Source: Vulcanimicrobiota bacterium
Lineage (GTDB): Bacteria > Vulcanimicrobiota > Vulcanimicrobiia > Vulcanimicrobiales > Vulcanimicrobiaceae
Direction of reading: 5' to 3'
Assembly (NCBI GenBank): GCA_030041225.1
Contig: JASHOG010000040.1
Location: 16,243 to 80,242, forward strand
DNA length: 64,000 nt
Shown: one piece after another, positions 42,706 to 51,947 of the stretch
Layout: each line of letters starts with the position of its first letter
Numbering within the stretch: position 1 is the stretch's first letter
Translations under genes and position numbers: made by a program
Notes under the pieces: generated by a model
Databases searched by the model: none
Told to the model about the DNA's origin: nothing
The model's input: the letters and a program-made list of their open reading frames with translations, nothing else

Positions 42706-43673
42706 CTTGCTCGGGCGACGAGCACGATCGCGAGCACGTAGAAGGCGAACATCAACGCGAGGGAGAGAATCGCTCTGCGGTTCGCTCCCTCAAACTCCTT
42801 GAACGCAAGGACGCCCCATAGCGCCGCGATCATCGGTGAGGACTGGCCGATCGCGTACGAGATCGCAACACCCGTGTAGCTCGCGGCGACGAGATCGAAG
42901 GTCATTCCCGTCGACCAAATGCAGCCGCCGAGACATCCGAGCAGCCGGTCTCGCACGCTTCCGCGGAAGAGTTCGAGCAGAGGAATCGGCTCGCCGACGA
43001 GCGGCCGTCGCATGAAGTAGATATTCCAGACGAGGCACGAGAGCAGCGCGCCGAGCGTCAGAAAGACGACGGCGCCGTACGGCGTCAGCGGATGCCCATG
43101 CGTGAGCGCGCGTGTCGAAAACGGTGCCCACAGCCCCATGAGGATACCGGAAACGATGCACACGACGATGCTCTTGCTCGAGACCCGGCGCGCACCGCCA
43201 AGCTCGCCATACGCACGCCCATCGAAAAATACCGCGATGAGCGCGCATGCGACACCGCCGCCGAGCATCGCGATGCTCCCAAGCGGCTGCAGTACGTAGC
43301 TGAGGATGACGCCGACGACGAGCGCGATGCCGATCGAAATCGGGAAGGCGATAGCGAGCCCAGCCATGTCGATCCCGGCGATGAGCAGGATGTTTGCGAG
43401 ATTGAAGATGACGCCGGCAAGCAGCGCCCAACCGACGTTCGACGCATCGGCGCTGCGAAGATTTTCGAGAAAGCTCGAGCCGTTATGCCCGCTGCTGCCG
43501 AGCGTGAACGCGTAGATCAGCGCCATGACGAAGATGCCGACCGCGTAATCCCAATAGTAGAGCTCCCAGCGGCGGTGCCGGATGCCTTTGAACGTGTTGG
43601 CAAACGATCCCCAGCAGACCGCCGCCGCAATCATCATCGCGATTGCGAGGCCGAAGCTATGCGGAAGGAACAT
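42702..43673 (-). CDS. DMT-superfamily sugar transporter (GRP / RhaT-like)
   Basis: Track ORF 42702-43889; start at M73 (MFLPHSFGLAIAMMIAAAVCWGSFANTFK). About 10 TM segments. Overlaps the end of the upstream PfkB kinase gene by 17 nt. Confidence 0.7.
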   Translation of the reverse strand: MFLPHSFGLAIAMMIAAAVCWGSFANTFKGIRHRRWELYYWDYAVGIFVMALIYAFTLGSSGHNGSSFLENLRSADASNVGWALLAGVIFNLANILLIAGIDMAGLAIAFPISIGIALVVGVILSYVLQPLGSIAMLGGGVACALIAVFFDGRAYGELGGARRVSSKSIVVCIVSGILMGLWAPFSTRALTHGHPLTPYGAVVFLTLGALLSCLVWNIYFMRRPLVGEPIPLLELFRGSVRDRLLGCLGGCIWSTGMTFDLVAASYTGVAISYAIGQSSPMIAALWGVLAFKEFEGANRRAILSLALMFAFYVLAIVLVARAS

Positions 43674-44616
43674 GCTTCTCGACGAACGCCTCGACCTCGG
43701 CGCGTTTGGACATTGCACGAGCGCCGACTGCGGTGCAACAGAGCGCCGCACAGGCGTTCGCAAAGCGCCCGACGCGCTCGAAATCCCAGCCTTGGAGCAG
43801 CGCAAAGGAGAGGCCCCCCATGAACGCATCGCCGGCTCCCGTCGTATCGATGACGTGCACCTTGAAGGCATCGACCGCGCGGTGCTCATCGCGGCTCGCG
43901 ATGAGGCACCCGTCTGCGCCGAGCGTCACCGCAACGACGCGCGGCCCGAGTTCGAGCAGTTTCTTCGCCGTCGCGCGCGGATCGCTCTCGCCCGTCAGCT
44001 CGAGCGCCGCAGCTTTACATGGCTTGAGAACGTCGACGAGGCGCAACGCGGCGATGAGCTCCTCATGCGTCCCCAACTTCGACTCGACGAAGAAGCTCGG
44101 TGGAACGTCGAGATCGAAGAAGACGCGAACGCCTGCATCGCGTGCAATCGCCATGGCCTGTGCGCACGGCGAGATCGGAAACTGCGAGGCTTCCGTATGG
44201 AAGTGTTTGGCGGCGCGGATATGCGGCGCAAAACGCGTTCGAACCTGCTCGGCGGTTATGAGGCCGCTCGAGTTCGGGAACATGTAGATGCAACGTTCGC
44301 CTCGCGCATCAACGGGAATCCACGTCTGCGACGAGCGCCCGCCCTTGACCGTCTCGATGCCCGAGAGGTCCATGCCGTCTTGCACGAACGCCTCGGCAAT
44401 GGTGCGAGCGTCCTCGTCGTCGCCGAGTAGCCCCAGCCATCCCGCGCTCGCTCCGAGCCGAGCGACTTGGGTAAGGTTGTTCGCAGTGACGCCGCCCGCA
44501 TGGATCTCGGTCTGCGTGACGTTGACCTTCTCTTCGTTGCCCAGCAGGCGCGGCACGATCGCGAAGTAATCAACGGTGCAACTGCCGATGCCAACGACGT
44601 CGACGGGCTTCTTCAC
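43657..44616 (-). CDS. PfkB family carbohydrate kinase (ribokinase superfamily)
   Basis: 319-aa ORF with N-terminal VVGIGSCTVDY and C-terminal DTTGAGDAFMGG motifs. Confidence 0.85.
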   Translation of the reverse strand: MKKPVDVVGIGSCTVDYFAIVPRLLGNEEKVNVTQTEIHAGGVTANNLTQVARLGASAGWLGLLGDDEDARTIAEAFVQDGMDLSGIETVKGGRSSQTWIPVDARGERCIYMFPNSSGLITAEQVRTRFAPHIRAAKHFHTEASQFPISPCAQAMAIARDAGVRVFFDLDVPPSFFVESKLGTHEELIAALRLVDVLKPCKAAALELTGESDPRATAKKLLELGPRVVAVTLGADGCLIASRDEHRAVDAFKVHVIDTTGAGDAFMGGLSFALLQGWDFERVGRFANACAALCCTAVGARAMSKRAEVEAFVEKHVPSA

Positions 44617-44690
44617 GCTGGTCGTAGTTGCCGCTACGTGAGAGCGCTCCTTCGGCAGGCCGCAGCGGTGAGACCGTCGGACTCGTCGGC

Positions 44691-45926
44691 ATGAGCGAGA
44701 CCCTCGCGATCCTCGTCGGCGGCGGCCCGGCTCCCGGCATCAACGGTGTCATTGCGGCGGCCGCAATGGAGGCCTTCAAGTGCGGGCTGCGCGTGATCGG
44801 CGTCTATGACGGGTACCGTGATCTCGCGGCGGGACGCGAACCCAAGACGATCGAGCTCACCTTCGATCACGTCTCGCGCATCCATACCGCGGGCGGATCG
44901 ATCCTGCGAACGTCACGGACGAATCCCGCCGAGGACGATGCGACGCTCGACCGTTGCATCGAATCTCTCGCATCTTTAGATATCCGGTATCTCGTCTGCG
45001 TCGGCGGCGACGACACGACGTTTGGTGCGGCGAAGATCGCGCAGCGTATGCACGGGCGCATCGGCGTCGCAACCGTTCCCAAGACAATCGACAACGATCT
45101 CCCGCTTCCCGATAATGCGCCGACCTTCGGTTTCGAGACGGCGCGCTCGGTCGGCGCCGGTATCCTCGAGAGCCTCATGGAGGATGCCCGCACGACCGCA
45201 CGCTGGTATATCGTCGTCTGCATGGGGCGCAAATCGGGCGCGCTCGCGCTGGGAATGTGCAAGGCAGCCGGTTCGACGCTCGCCGTGCTTCCGGAAGAGT
45301 TTCCGCAGCGCGTCGATCTCCAGAGCGTCATCGACACCATCGTCGGCGCGATCATCAAACGCCGCGCGGTCGGCCGCCCCCACGGCGTCGCGGTCGTCGC
45401 CGAAGGCATCGTCGAATCGCTCGAGCAGGATGCCTTCACCGCCCCAGTCGAGCGCGATTCCTTCGGCAACGTTCGTCTTGCCGACGTTCCTTTGGGAAGC
45501 GTGCTACGCGACGGGACGCGCGAACGACTCGAAGAGATCGGCGTTGACTCGATCGTCCATGCAAAGGACATCGGCTACGAGCTGCGCTGCGCCAAGCCCG
45601 TGCCCTTTGACGTCGACTACACGCGGACGCTCGGCTACGGCGCGGTGCGCTATCTTGTCGAGGGCGGCAGCGGTGCCCTCATCGCGCTCTCCGGGGGCAA
45701 CGTGCGGCCGGTTGCGCTCGCCGATCTGCTCGATCCGCGCACCGGGCGCATTCGCACCCGGCGTGTCGACACGACGACCGAAGCCTACCGCGTCGCGCGC
45801 GATTACATGGTGCGACTCGAGCCGATCGACTTTAGCGAGGAGTCCCGCCTGCGCACGTTGAGCGCGCAGACGAACCTACAGCCCGATGAGTTTCGCGCGA
45901 TCTTCGAACGCGTTGCATTGCCGTAA
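44691..45926 (+). CDS. pfkA: 6-phosphofructokinase (PfkA family; ATP- or PPi-dependent not resolvable)
   Basis: Track ORF 44628-45926; start at M22 (MSETLAILVGGGPAPGINGVI). Contains the GGDDT, PKTIDNDL and MGRKSG motifs. Confidence 0.85.
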   Translation: MSETLAILVGGGPAPGINGVIAAAAMEAFKCGLRVIGVYDGYRDLAAGREPKTIELTFDHVSRIHTAGGSILRTSRTNPAEDDATLDRCIESLASLDIRYLVCVGGDDTTFGAAKIAQRMHGRIGVATVPKTIDNDLPLPDNAPTFGFETARSVGAGILESLMEDARTTARWYIVVCMGRKSGALALGMCKAAGSTLAVLPEEFPQRVDLQSVIDTIVGAIIKRRAVGRPHGVAVVAEGIVESLEQDAFTAPVERDSFGNVRLADVPLGSVLRDGTRERLEEIGVDSIVHAKDIGYELRCAKPVPFDVDYTRTLGYGAVRYLVEGGSGALIALSGGNVRPVALADLLDPRTGRIRTRRVDTTTEAYRVARDYMVRLEPIDFSEESRLRTLSAQTNLQPDEFRAIFERVALP

Positions 45927-45937
45927 AAAGGAAATCC

Positions 45938-46615
45938 ATGAAATCCAGCATTCCGGCTATACTTTTCGACCTCGACGGAACGCTCGTCGATAGCGTCTAT
46001 CAACACGTCTCCGCCTGGCACGAGGCGCTGCTCGAAGAGGGCATCGACTTGCCGATTTGGCGCATCCACCGACGCATCGGCATGAGCGGCGGCCTCTTCG
46101 TTCGCGCGCTGGCGCGCGAGATCGGACGAACGGTTGACGCCGCAACGCAAGAGCGCCTCGTGCGCGCGCACTCGCAAGCATATCTCCGCAGAATCGCACA
46201 CGTGCGGCCGCTTCCCGGCGCACACGAGCTGCTCGCCGAGCTGACACGCATGAAGGTGCCGTGGGCGATCGCAACGAGCGGCGGCAGAACGATCGCCGAG
46301 CGCACCATCTCGCTCCTGCAGATGCCGCCGGGCGTTCCCGTCATCACGCGCGACGAGGTTTCCTTTGCGAAACCGAATCCAGATCTTTTCTTGCTCGCGG
46401 CTGAGCGCCTCGGCGCCGAGATCGAAATCTCGTTCGTCGTCGGCGACAGCATCTGGGATCTGCTCGCCGCGCAACGCGCGAGGGCACTGGGCATCGGGGT
46501 GCTCTCGGGCGGTTACGGGCGCAACGAGCTCGAGCTCGCCGGCGCCTATCGTGTCTATAGCGAGCCTGCCGAGATGCTTCGCCGTCTCGACGAGCTCGGG
46601 ATTCGCGAGTCTTAG
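45938..46615 (+). CDS. HAD superfamily hydrolase (phosphoglycolate phosphatase-like)
   Basis: 225-aa ORF with HAD motifs I (ILFDLDGTLVDS), II (IATSG) and IV (VVGDSIWDLLAA). Confidence 0.85.
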   Translation: MKSSIPAILFDLDGTLVDSVYQHVSAWHEALLEEGIDLPIWRIHRRIGMSGGLFVRALAREIGRTVDAATQERLVRAHSQAYLRRIAHVRPLPGAHELLAELTRMKVPWAIATSGGRTIAERTISLLQMPPGVPVITRDEVSFAKPNPDLFLLAAERLGAEIEISFVVGDSIWDLLAAQRARALGIGVLSGGYGRNELELAGAYRVYSEPAEMLRRLDELGIRES

Positions 46616-46616
46616 A

Positions 46617-47087
46617 CTACGGCGTCCCGGTCGCCCAGGCGGCGGTGGAGATCCTCCATATCCCGCCGGTGCGACGCAGCGTCAGCGCCCACAGCCCCGT
46701 CTGCCGGTGTCGCTTGCCATGTGCCTCCAGCGTGATCGTCAACGGCACGACGACGTAGGCGTCGTCCATGGAGACGTTGACGACGTCGATCGTGCCTACA
46801 GTCGCTCGCAGCGTCGTGTGGTGAGCGGAGTCGTACGTCGCAACGTCACCCCACCAGCGGCCTCCGGCATTTGTTCCTTTCCACACGTACGGCGGAAACG
46901 CGTCAATGACGATTGATTCCGGCTCGAAGTAGGAGCCGACTTTGGCTGCATTGTTTGCATTCGCCGCCGCGATGACGCCGCGAATAATCGACCCGAGCGC
47001 GCTCGGTGGTGCGGCCGATGCCGCGCTCGAGAAGACCGGCAATACGGCGAGGCAGACCGCCAAGGGCAGGAACAGACGAAGCTTCAT
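46617..47087 (-). CDS. secreted NTF2-like (SnoaL/DUF4440-like) protein, paralog of 177-650
   Basis: Track ORF 46617-47573; start at M163 gives the signal peptide MKLRLFLPLAVCLAVLPVFSSAASA. Shares ...FPPYVWKG--AGGRWW-DV...GLWALTLRRTGGIWRI with 177-650. Confidence 0.6.
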   Translation of the reverse strand: MKLRLFLPLAVCLAVLPVFSSAASAAPPSALGSIIRGVIAAANANNAAKVGSYFEPESIVIDAFPPYVWKGTNAGGRWWGDVATYDSAHHTTLRATVGTIDVVNVSMDDAYVVVPLTITLEAHGKRHRQTGLWALTLRRTGGIWRISTAAWATGTP

Positions 47088-47230
47088 CCCGTCGGCGCTT
47101 CGTGGCGAGGGCTCGCCGTCCTCGGGGGCCCAGGAAGCGGAGGTAGCGGCCAGAAGGGGCCGAAGGCTCGATAGGACGCTCTGTGAATGAGCGTCCCTAA
47201 TGACGCGCTTTTGCGCAGATTGGAGAACCC

Positions 47231-47485
47231 ATGCTACGGAAGTTCGGAACCATCGCCTTTGCGAGCGCGGTCCTGCTCGCGGCGGCGACCCAATCGACAT
47301 TCGCTTCGGCAGGATTGCAGCCGGCGAAGGCGGCGCCGGTGATTGCGCGGCAGGCTGCTCCGGCGGCATTGCTTCGCGTACATACGAAGAGGCAGCTCGC
47401 GCTCGTGCCGCTCTGCTACTACGAGTACGCGTACGAATGCGTCGGCGGACGCTGCGTTTGGGCGTACGAGTGGTATTGCCCGTGA
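47231..47485 (+). CDS. small secreted protein ending in an aromatic C-x7-C-x4-C-x7-C module
   Basis: 84-aa ORF with GGAG 5 nt upstream of the ATG. Signal peptide MLRKFGTIAFASAVLLAAATQSTFASA. The C-terminus is LCYYEYAYECVGGRCVWAYEWYCP. Confidence 0.5.
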   Translation: MLRKFGTIAFASAVLLAAATQSTFASAGLQPAKAAPVIARQAAPAALLRVHTKRQLALVPLCYYEYAYECVGGRCVWAYEWYCP

Positions 47486-47499
47486 TGAGGATGCAAGAG

Positions 47500-48021
47500 A
47501 TGAATAGGAAGATCATTGGCTTCGCGTGCACCTTCGCGATACTGACCGCCGCAATCGCGAGTGCGGCATCCATGCCGTCGATGAGCTCGAACGCCTCGCA
47601 GATGGCGAGCCTTCACGCTCTTGCCGGCACGTGGAGCTGCACGGTGACCTTCACGAGCGCCGGAAAATCCGTTACTGCAAACGAGAGCGAGACCTTCGCA
47701 CCTTTTGGAATGGGCTGGATGCACGGCACTGCGACGATCTCGAGAGGCGGCCATCAGGTGAGCAGGCAGGACTCGTATTGGGGGTACAATGCGCGCCACG
47801 GTCATTGGGTCGTCATAACGATCGACTCTTCGAGCAACTACCAGGTAGAGACGAGCAGCTCGGCATCGCTCAACGGATCATCCTGGATGGTCGCGTATCC
47901 GGGGCGTGCACACGCAACGAGCACGCTCCACCTCACGGGCGGTAAGTACACGATCAGCAGCGGCTGGACGTCGCCGCGTAGCGGGAAGATGATGTCATCG
48001 AGCGAGGTGTGCTCGAAGTAA
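47500..48021 (+). CDS. secreted hypothetical protein (beta-rich; lipocalin/DUF1579-like is only a guess)
   Basis: Track ORF 47200-48021; the usable start is around M101 (MNRKIIGFACTFAILTAAIASAAS, signal-like). Contains a GTWSCTVTF motif. Sits 14 nt after the small Cys-peptide gene. Confidence 0.6.
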   Translation: MNRKIIGFACTFAILTAAIASAASMPSMSSNASQMASLHALAGTWSCTVTFTSAGKSVTANESETFAPFGMGWMHGTATISRGGHQVSRQDSYWGYNARHGHWVVITIDSSSNYQVETSSSASLNGSSWMVAYPGRAHATSTLHLTGGKYTISSGWTSPRSGKMMSSSEVCSK

Positions 48022-48044
48022 GAGCTCTGCGCTCTTATGCGTTC

Positions 48045-48085
48045 GCCGCCGTCCCTGCGCTCGCCGGGACGGCGGCCGCTGTTTT
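48045..48085 (+). terminator. possible intrinsic terminator after 47500-48021
   Basis: GCCGCCGTCCC-N10-GGGACGGCGGC (11-bp stem) followed 5 nt later by TTTT (48082-48085). Position anchored between the stops at 48021 and 48086. The T-tract is short and offset. Confidence 0.35.
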
Positions 48086-48877
48086 CTAGTGAAGGTGGGC
48101 TTGGAAGAAGGCCTTCATGCGCGCGTCCGCGTCGGCGGTCGCTTGAGGATCGTAGGTGAGCGTATGCCCGTTCACCATCCGCGACCCGTGCCGCTCGGGT
48201 TGATTGAACGCGTGCGTCGCCCCGGGATAGGTGACGATCTGCACCGGTTTGCCCGCCGCATGCGCGTTCTGTGCAAGCGTCTGGCATGGACCAGGAGGAA
48301 TCCAGTCATCCGCGCTTCCGTCGAGAATGAGCAGTGGAACATTGATGTCGGTGTTGTGCGTACTACACGCCGGATAGTATGCGACCACGGCGCGCAAGCC
48401 GGGAATCGAGGGTGACGGTCCGCCGGGGGGATTGATGACGTCGAGGGCCGCCATGGCGCCCATCGAGTACCCTACGATGCCGAGACGGTTCCCGACGACG
48501 TACGACTGTTGGCTCAGCCATTGCAGCGCGGCGACGGCGTACTGCGCCGCGTTGTGCACGGGTGTTGCGCCGGCACCACACGCGTTGCGCAGCCCCTGCG
48601 GCTGCAGCGTGTTGATTGCGAGAGCGATGTAACCCGCACTCGCGAGATCGCTGATGGTCGAGGCTTCGAGCGCCCCAGGGCCTTCGCATCCGTGAAGCAC
48701 CAGCACCGCCGGGAAGGGTCCCATGCCGCTCGGCCGCGCAAGCTGACCGGTGATCGTCACTCCGTCGGCTTGAAAAGAAACGTCTTCCGCAAGTGCCGCC
48801 GCTCCGGCAACGCAAAAGAGCGCGACGCTCAGAGCAGCAATACGAGCAGCCAAAATCATGGTAGCCTCCTTATACAC
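48086..48877 (-). CDS. dienelactone hydrolase family alpha/beta hydrolase (secreted)
   Basis: 263-aa ORF with a signal peptide. Contains the VLVLHGCEGPG and GIVGYSMGA (G-x-S-x-G) motifs. Confidence 0.8.
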   Translation of the reverse strand: MYKEATMILAARIAALSVALFCVAGAAALAEDVSFQADGVTITGQLARPSGMGPFPAVLVLHGCEGPGALEASTISDLASAGYIALAINTLQPQGLRNACGAGATPVHNAAQYAVAALQWLSQQSYVVGNRLGIVGYSMGAMAALDVINPPGGPSPSIPGLRAVVAYYPACSTHNTDINVPLLILDGSADDWIPPGPCQTLAQNAHAAGKPVQIVTYPGATHAFNQPERHGSRMVNGHTLTYDPQATADADARMKAFFQAHLH

Positions 48878-48917
48878 CGAGGGAGCAACTTCACTGCCAG
48901 CGAAGCGGCATCCTGCG

Positions 48918-51900
48918 ATGCTCAGGTTTGCATCCCCTGCTGTTGCGCTCGCTCTCGCATGGGTTGTTTACGCACCCTGCTCCGCGCAGGTCGAAGCTCC
49001 GGCGTGGGCACGCGTCGCAAGGAGCGTCGTTGTCGTCGGGTACACGAAGCCGGACGGCACGTTCGCCGAGTGGGGTACCGGCTTTTGCATCACCTCGACG
49101 GGATCGTCTTCGCAGTTTCTTACCGATGCGCACGTCGTCGCACAACCGTCCTCGCCCGAGCCGTTGCAGTTCGTCGTACTCTTTCCGAACTCTCAAACGG
49201 CTGCGCCGGCTACCATCGTCCGCTCGAACGCAAACGTTGACTTAGCGATCGTTTCCGTAACCGTCGGCAACGTGCCGGTGATGCGCATCAGCCCGGCGAT
49301 GCCGGAGGCGACGCAACGCATCGCTCTCGGCGGCTATCCATACGTCGAGGGGCGCTTCGGCGGGCTCTTGGGGAGCGCGCAACAACTTGGGCAGGCTCCC
49401 GACTTGAGCCCATCCGTTCATCTCGGCGACGTGAGCGACGTGCACGGCACGTTCATCGAGTTCGACGGAACGGTCGATCACGGTAACAGTGGAGGCCCGC
49501 TCTTCGATCCCGTCAGCGGCGTCGTTTACGGCGTCATCGAGGGGTACGTTCCGGGAGCGCCGGTCGATCCAAACGGGACTCAGGTCGTCTCGTCGGCGTA
49601 TGCAAATCTCGCAACGTCCCGTCAGGTGGTCGCCGATTTCCTCAACGGCGGCACGAGCAGCCGGAACAACGCAAGCGGTGTCGTGCAGACGAGCGCCGGC
49701 GGCGCCGCGCAGCCGTTTGCAGTCGCGGCGGCACGCGGCGATGCTGAGTCCGAGAACACGCTCGGATTGATGTATCGCGACGGAACCGACGGTGTGCAGC
49801 GCGATTATGCCCAAGCGGTTCATTATTTTCACCTCGCTGCCGATCAAGGCAATGCCGACGGTGAGGCAAATCTTGCGGTGGCGTACCTCTTCGGTCATGG
49901 CGTGAGCGCGGATGCCGCACAGGCGCTGCGCTACTTCCAACTCTCGGCGGCGCAAGGTAACGGAAGCGCCGAGGCGGGTCTCGGTTTCATGGAGGAGCTC
50001 GGCGACGGCGTTCCGCCCGATGCTGCGCAGGCGCTACGTCACTACGAGCGCTCCGCGCACCTGGGCGATTCCTACGGACAGGCGGGTCTTGGCTTCCTGT
50101 ACGAAATCGGCGACGGCGTTACACGCAACTACCTCACGGCGCTGCACTATTTTCAGCTCTCGGCGGCGCAGGGAAACTCGTACGGCGAGAACGACGCAGG
50201 GACGCTTTACGAATACGGTTTGGGCGTGACGAAGAGCTACGCGACGGCGCTGCGCGATTTTCAGCTCTCCGCGCAACAGGGCAACTCATACGGTGAGAGC
50301 AACCTCGCGACGATGTTCACCTTCGGCTGGGGCGTGCCGCAAGACTATACTATCGCGCTGCGCTACTACACGCTCTCGGCCTCCGACGAGAATCCGTACG
50401 GCGAGGCCGGTCTCGGGTATCTCTACGAGAACGGCAAGGGCGTTGCCGTAGATTACGCGCAGGCACTCCAAGATTTTCAACGCTCCGCAGCGCGCGGAAA
50501 CTCGTTCGGCGAGTTCGGCCTGGGCTATGCGTACGCAACCGGGCATGGCGTGTCGCAAGACCTCGCGGCAGCCGTGCGATACTATCGACTCTCCGCCGCA
50601 AAGTCGAATCCATTCGCCGAGGCGGCGCTGGGGTACATGTACGAAAACGGTTACGGCGTGCCGAGGGACGACGCGCAAGCGTTGCAGTGGTACGAGCTGT
50701 CCGTATCACACGGTTACGACGCGGCTTCCTCAAGCGTGCAGAGGCTCGAGGCGCACGGGAGTCCACCACCCTCGGACCCGCCGGATCCGCCCGATCTGTC
50801 ACGCGTTTCGCAGCTCGTGCGTGTCGGCAATCTCTATGAAGACGTCACGCAGCACTTCACGGGAACGCTCGAACCTTCATGGACGACGCTCGAGGTCAAC
50901 GGCAAGACCGTCGTCTTCGCGGATCTGCGCGCGAGCGCCCCGATCGACGGATACTTCTACGACGTGCTCTTCTTCGACGGCAACGGCGCCTGGCTCGGAA
51001 GTCAGCTCTCTCCGGCGCGACCGACCGTCGACTCGAAGAACGGATTTCTCGACGTTCGCTATTCGGCGGATGGAGGGCCGCCGCAGGCGCTCTGCTGCAA
51101 AGGCGACTATGCCGACCTCGTCATCAGTGTCTCGAGCGGTCGAGCCGAGGTCGAGGCACGCGGATACGGACCCTACTTGAACGCCTCGAGCGCGGGCGGG
51201 GGCGCCTCCATCATCGGCACGTCGGCGGGAGTTGCGAACGCAGACATTCTCGCGACAGGGCTCGCACACGTCGATCATCTCGTCTTCGACCAAACCGGCG
51301 GACTCTGGGCCTCGGACCTGCACGAGATTATCTTCGTGAACGCCGACGACCGGCGCGTCGCCGCTCGTCATATGTTTGCGCCGCCATGCTCGATTCTCGA
51401 CGTCGCGGGAACGACAAACGAGGCCGCCGTTCTGCTCTCCTGCGGGCGGGTCGTCATCGTCTCGCGCGGCGGATCGGTGCGCGGCGCCGGCAGTGTGCCG
51501 GCCGGAACGCGTTTCGTCGTTGCGTCCGGAGATCGCATTCGTGCCGTTTCACAGAACGCAGGAGTCGTTCGCGTTGAGGACGTTCTCGAGGGCGGTCCTG
51601 CACGGACGATTGCGCAAAGGATACCGTGGCGCATAGGCTGGGCGGGGGCTACCGGTGACGAGCTCCTTCTCTACGACGCGACGAGCGAACGACTCTACGC
51701 ACTCGGCAGAGATGCGATGGCTCCCGTATGCGGGTCCGCGCCGGTGAGCGCCGCTTCGGTCGGAGGGTACGGTGACAGCGTCGCCGTCGCCGCGAAGGGG
51801 CACCTCGAGATCGTCGGTACGGCGTCCTGCGTCTCACTCGGAGCCTTTCCCGCGCTGCACCCCGCGGCGTTTGCTCTCAGCAACACGCTGCTCGTCATCG

Positions 51901-51947
51901 CCTTCGCCGATTCGAACATCGTCTTTACGGCAGCTTCGCCTCCGTGA
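48918..51947 (+). CDS. secreted multidomain protein: trypsin-like serine protease + nine Sel1 repeats + about 390-aa uncharacterised C-terminal region
   Basis: Track ORF 48858-51947; start at M21 (MLRFASPAVALALAWVVYAPCSAQ). S1 triad contexts TDAHVV, NVDLAIV and HGNSGGPLFD. Nine consecutive 36-aa Sel1 units follow. Confidence 0.85.
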   Translation: MLRFASPAVALALAWVVYAPCSAQVEAPAWARVARSVVVVGYTKPDGTFAEWGTGFCITSTGSSSQFLTDAHVVAQPSSPEPLQFVVLFPNSQTAAPATIVRSNANVDLAIVSVTVGNVPVMRISPAMPEATQRIALGGYPYVEGRFGGLLGSAQQLGQAPDLSPSVHLGDVSDVHGTFIEFDGTVDHGNSGGPLFDPVSGVVYGVIEGYVPGAPVDPNGTQVVSSAYANLATSRQVVADFLNGGTSSRNNASGVVQTSAGGAAQPFAVAAARGDAESENTLGLMYRDGTDGVQRDYAQAVHYFHLAADQGNADGEANLAVAYLFGHGVSADAAQALRYFQLSAAQGNGSAEAGLGFMEELGDGVPPDAAQALRHYERSAHLGDSYGQAGLGFLYEIGDGVTRNYLTALHYFQLSAAQGNSYGENDAGTLYEYGLGVTKSYATALRDFQLSAQQGNSYGESNLATMFTFGWGVPQDYTIALRYYTLSASDENPYGEAGLGYLYENGKGVAVDYAQALQDFQRSAARGNSFGEFGLGYAYATGHGVSQDLAAAVRYYRLSAAKSNPFAEAALGYMYENGYGVPRDDAQALQWYELSVSHGYDAASSSVQRLEAHGSPPPSDPPDPPDLSRVSQLVRVGNLYEDVTQHFTGTLEPSWTTLEVNGKTVVFADLRASAPIDGYFYDVLFFDGNGAWLGSQLSPARPTVDSKNGFLDVRYSADGGPPQALCCKGDYADLVISVSSGRAEVEARGYGPYLNASSAGGGASIIGTSAGVANADILATGLAHVDHLVFDQTGGLWASDLHEIIFVNADDRRVAARHMFAPPCSILDVAGTTNEAAVLLSCGRVVIVSRGGSVRGAGSVPAGTRFVVASGDRIRAVSQNAGVVRVEDVLEGGPARTIAQRIPWRIGWAGATGDELLLYDATSERLYALGRDAMAPVCGSAPVSAASVGGYGDSVAVAAKGHLEIVGTASCVSLGAFPALHPAAFALSNTLLVIAFADSNIVFTAASPP
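49728..50699 (+). repeat. in-frame tandem array of nine 108-bp (36-aa) Sel1 repeats inside 48918-51947
   Basis: The units run from AARGDAESENTLGLMYRDGTDGVQRDYAQAVHYFHL to SAAKSNPFAEAALGYMYENGYGVPRDDAQALQWYEL. They are diverged at the DNA level. Coordinates computed from residue indices 291-614 of the track ORF. Confidence 0.85.
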
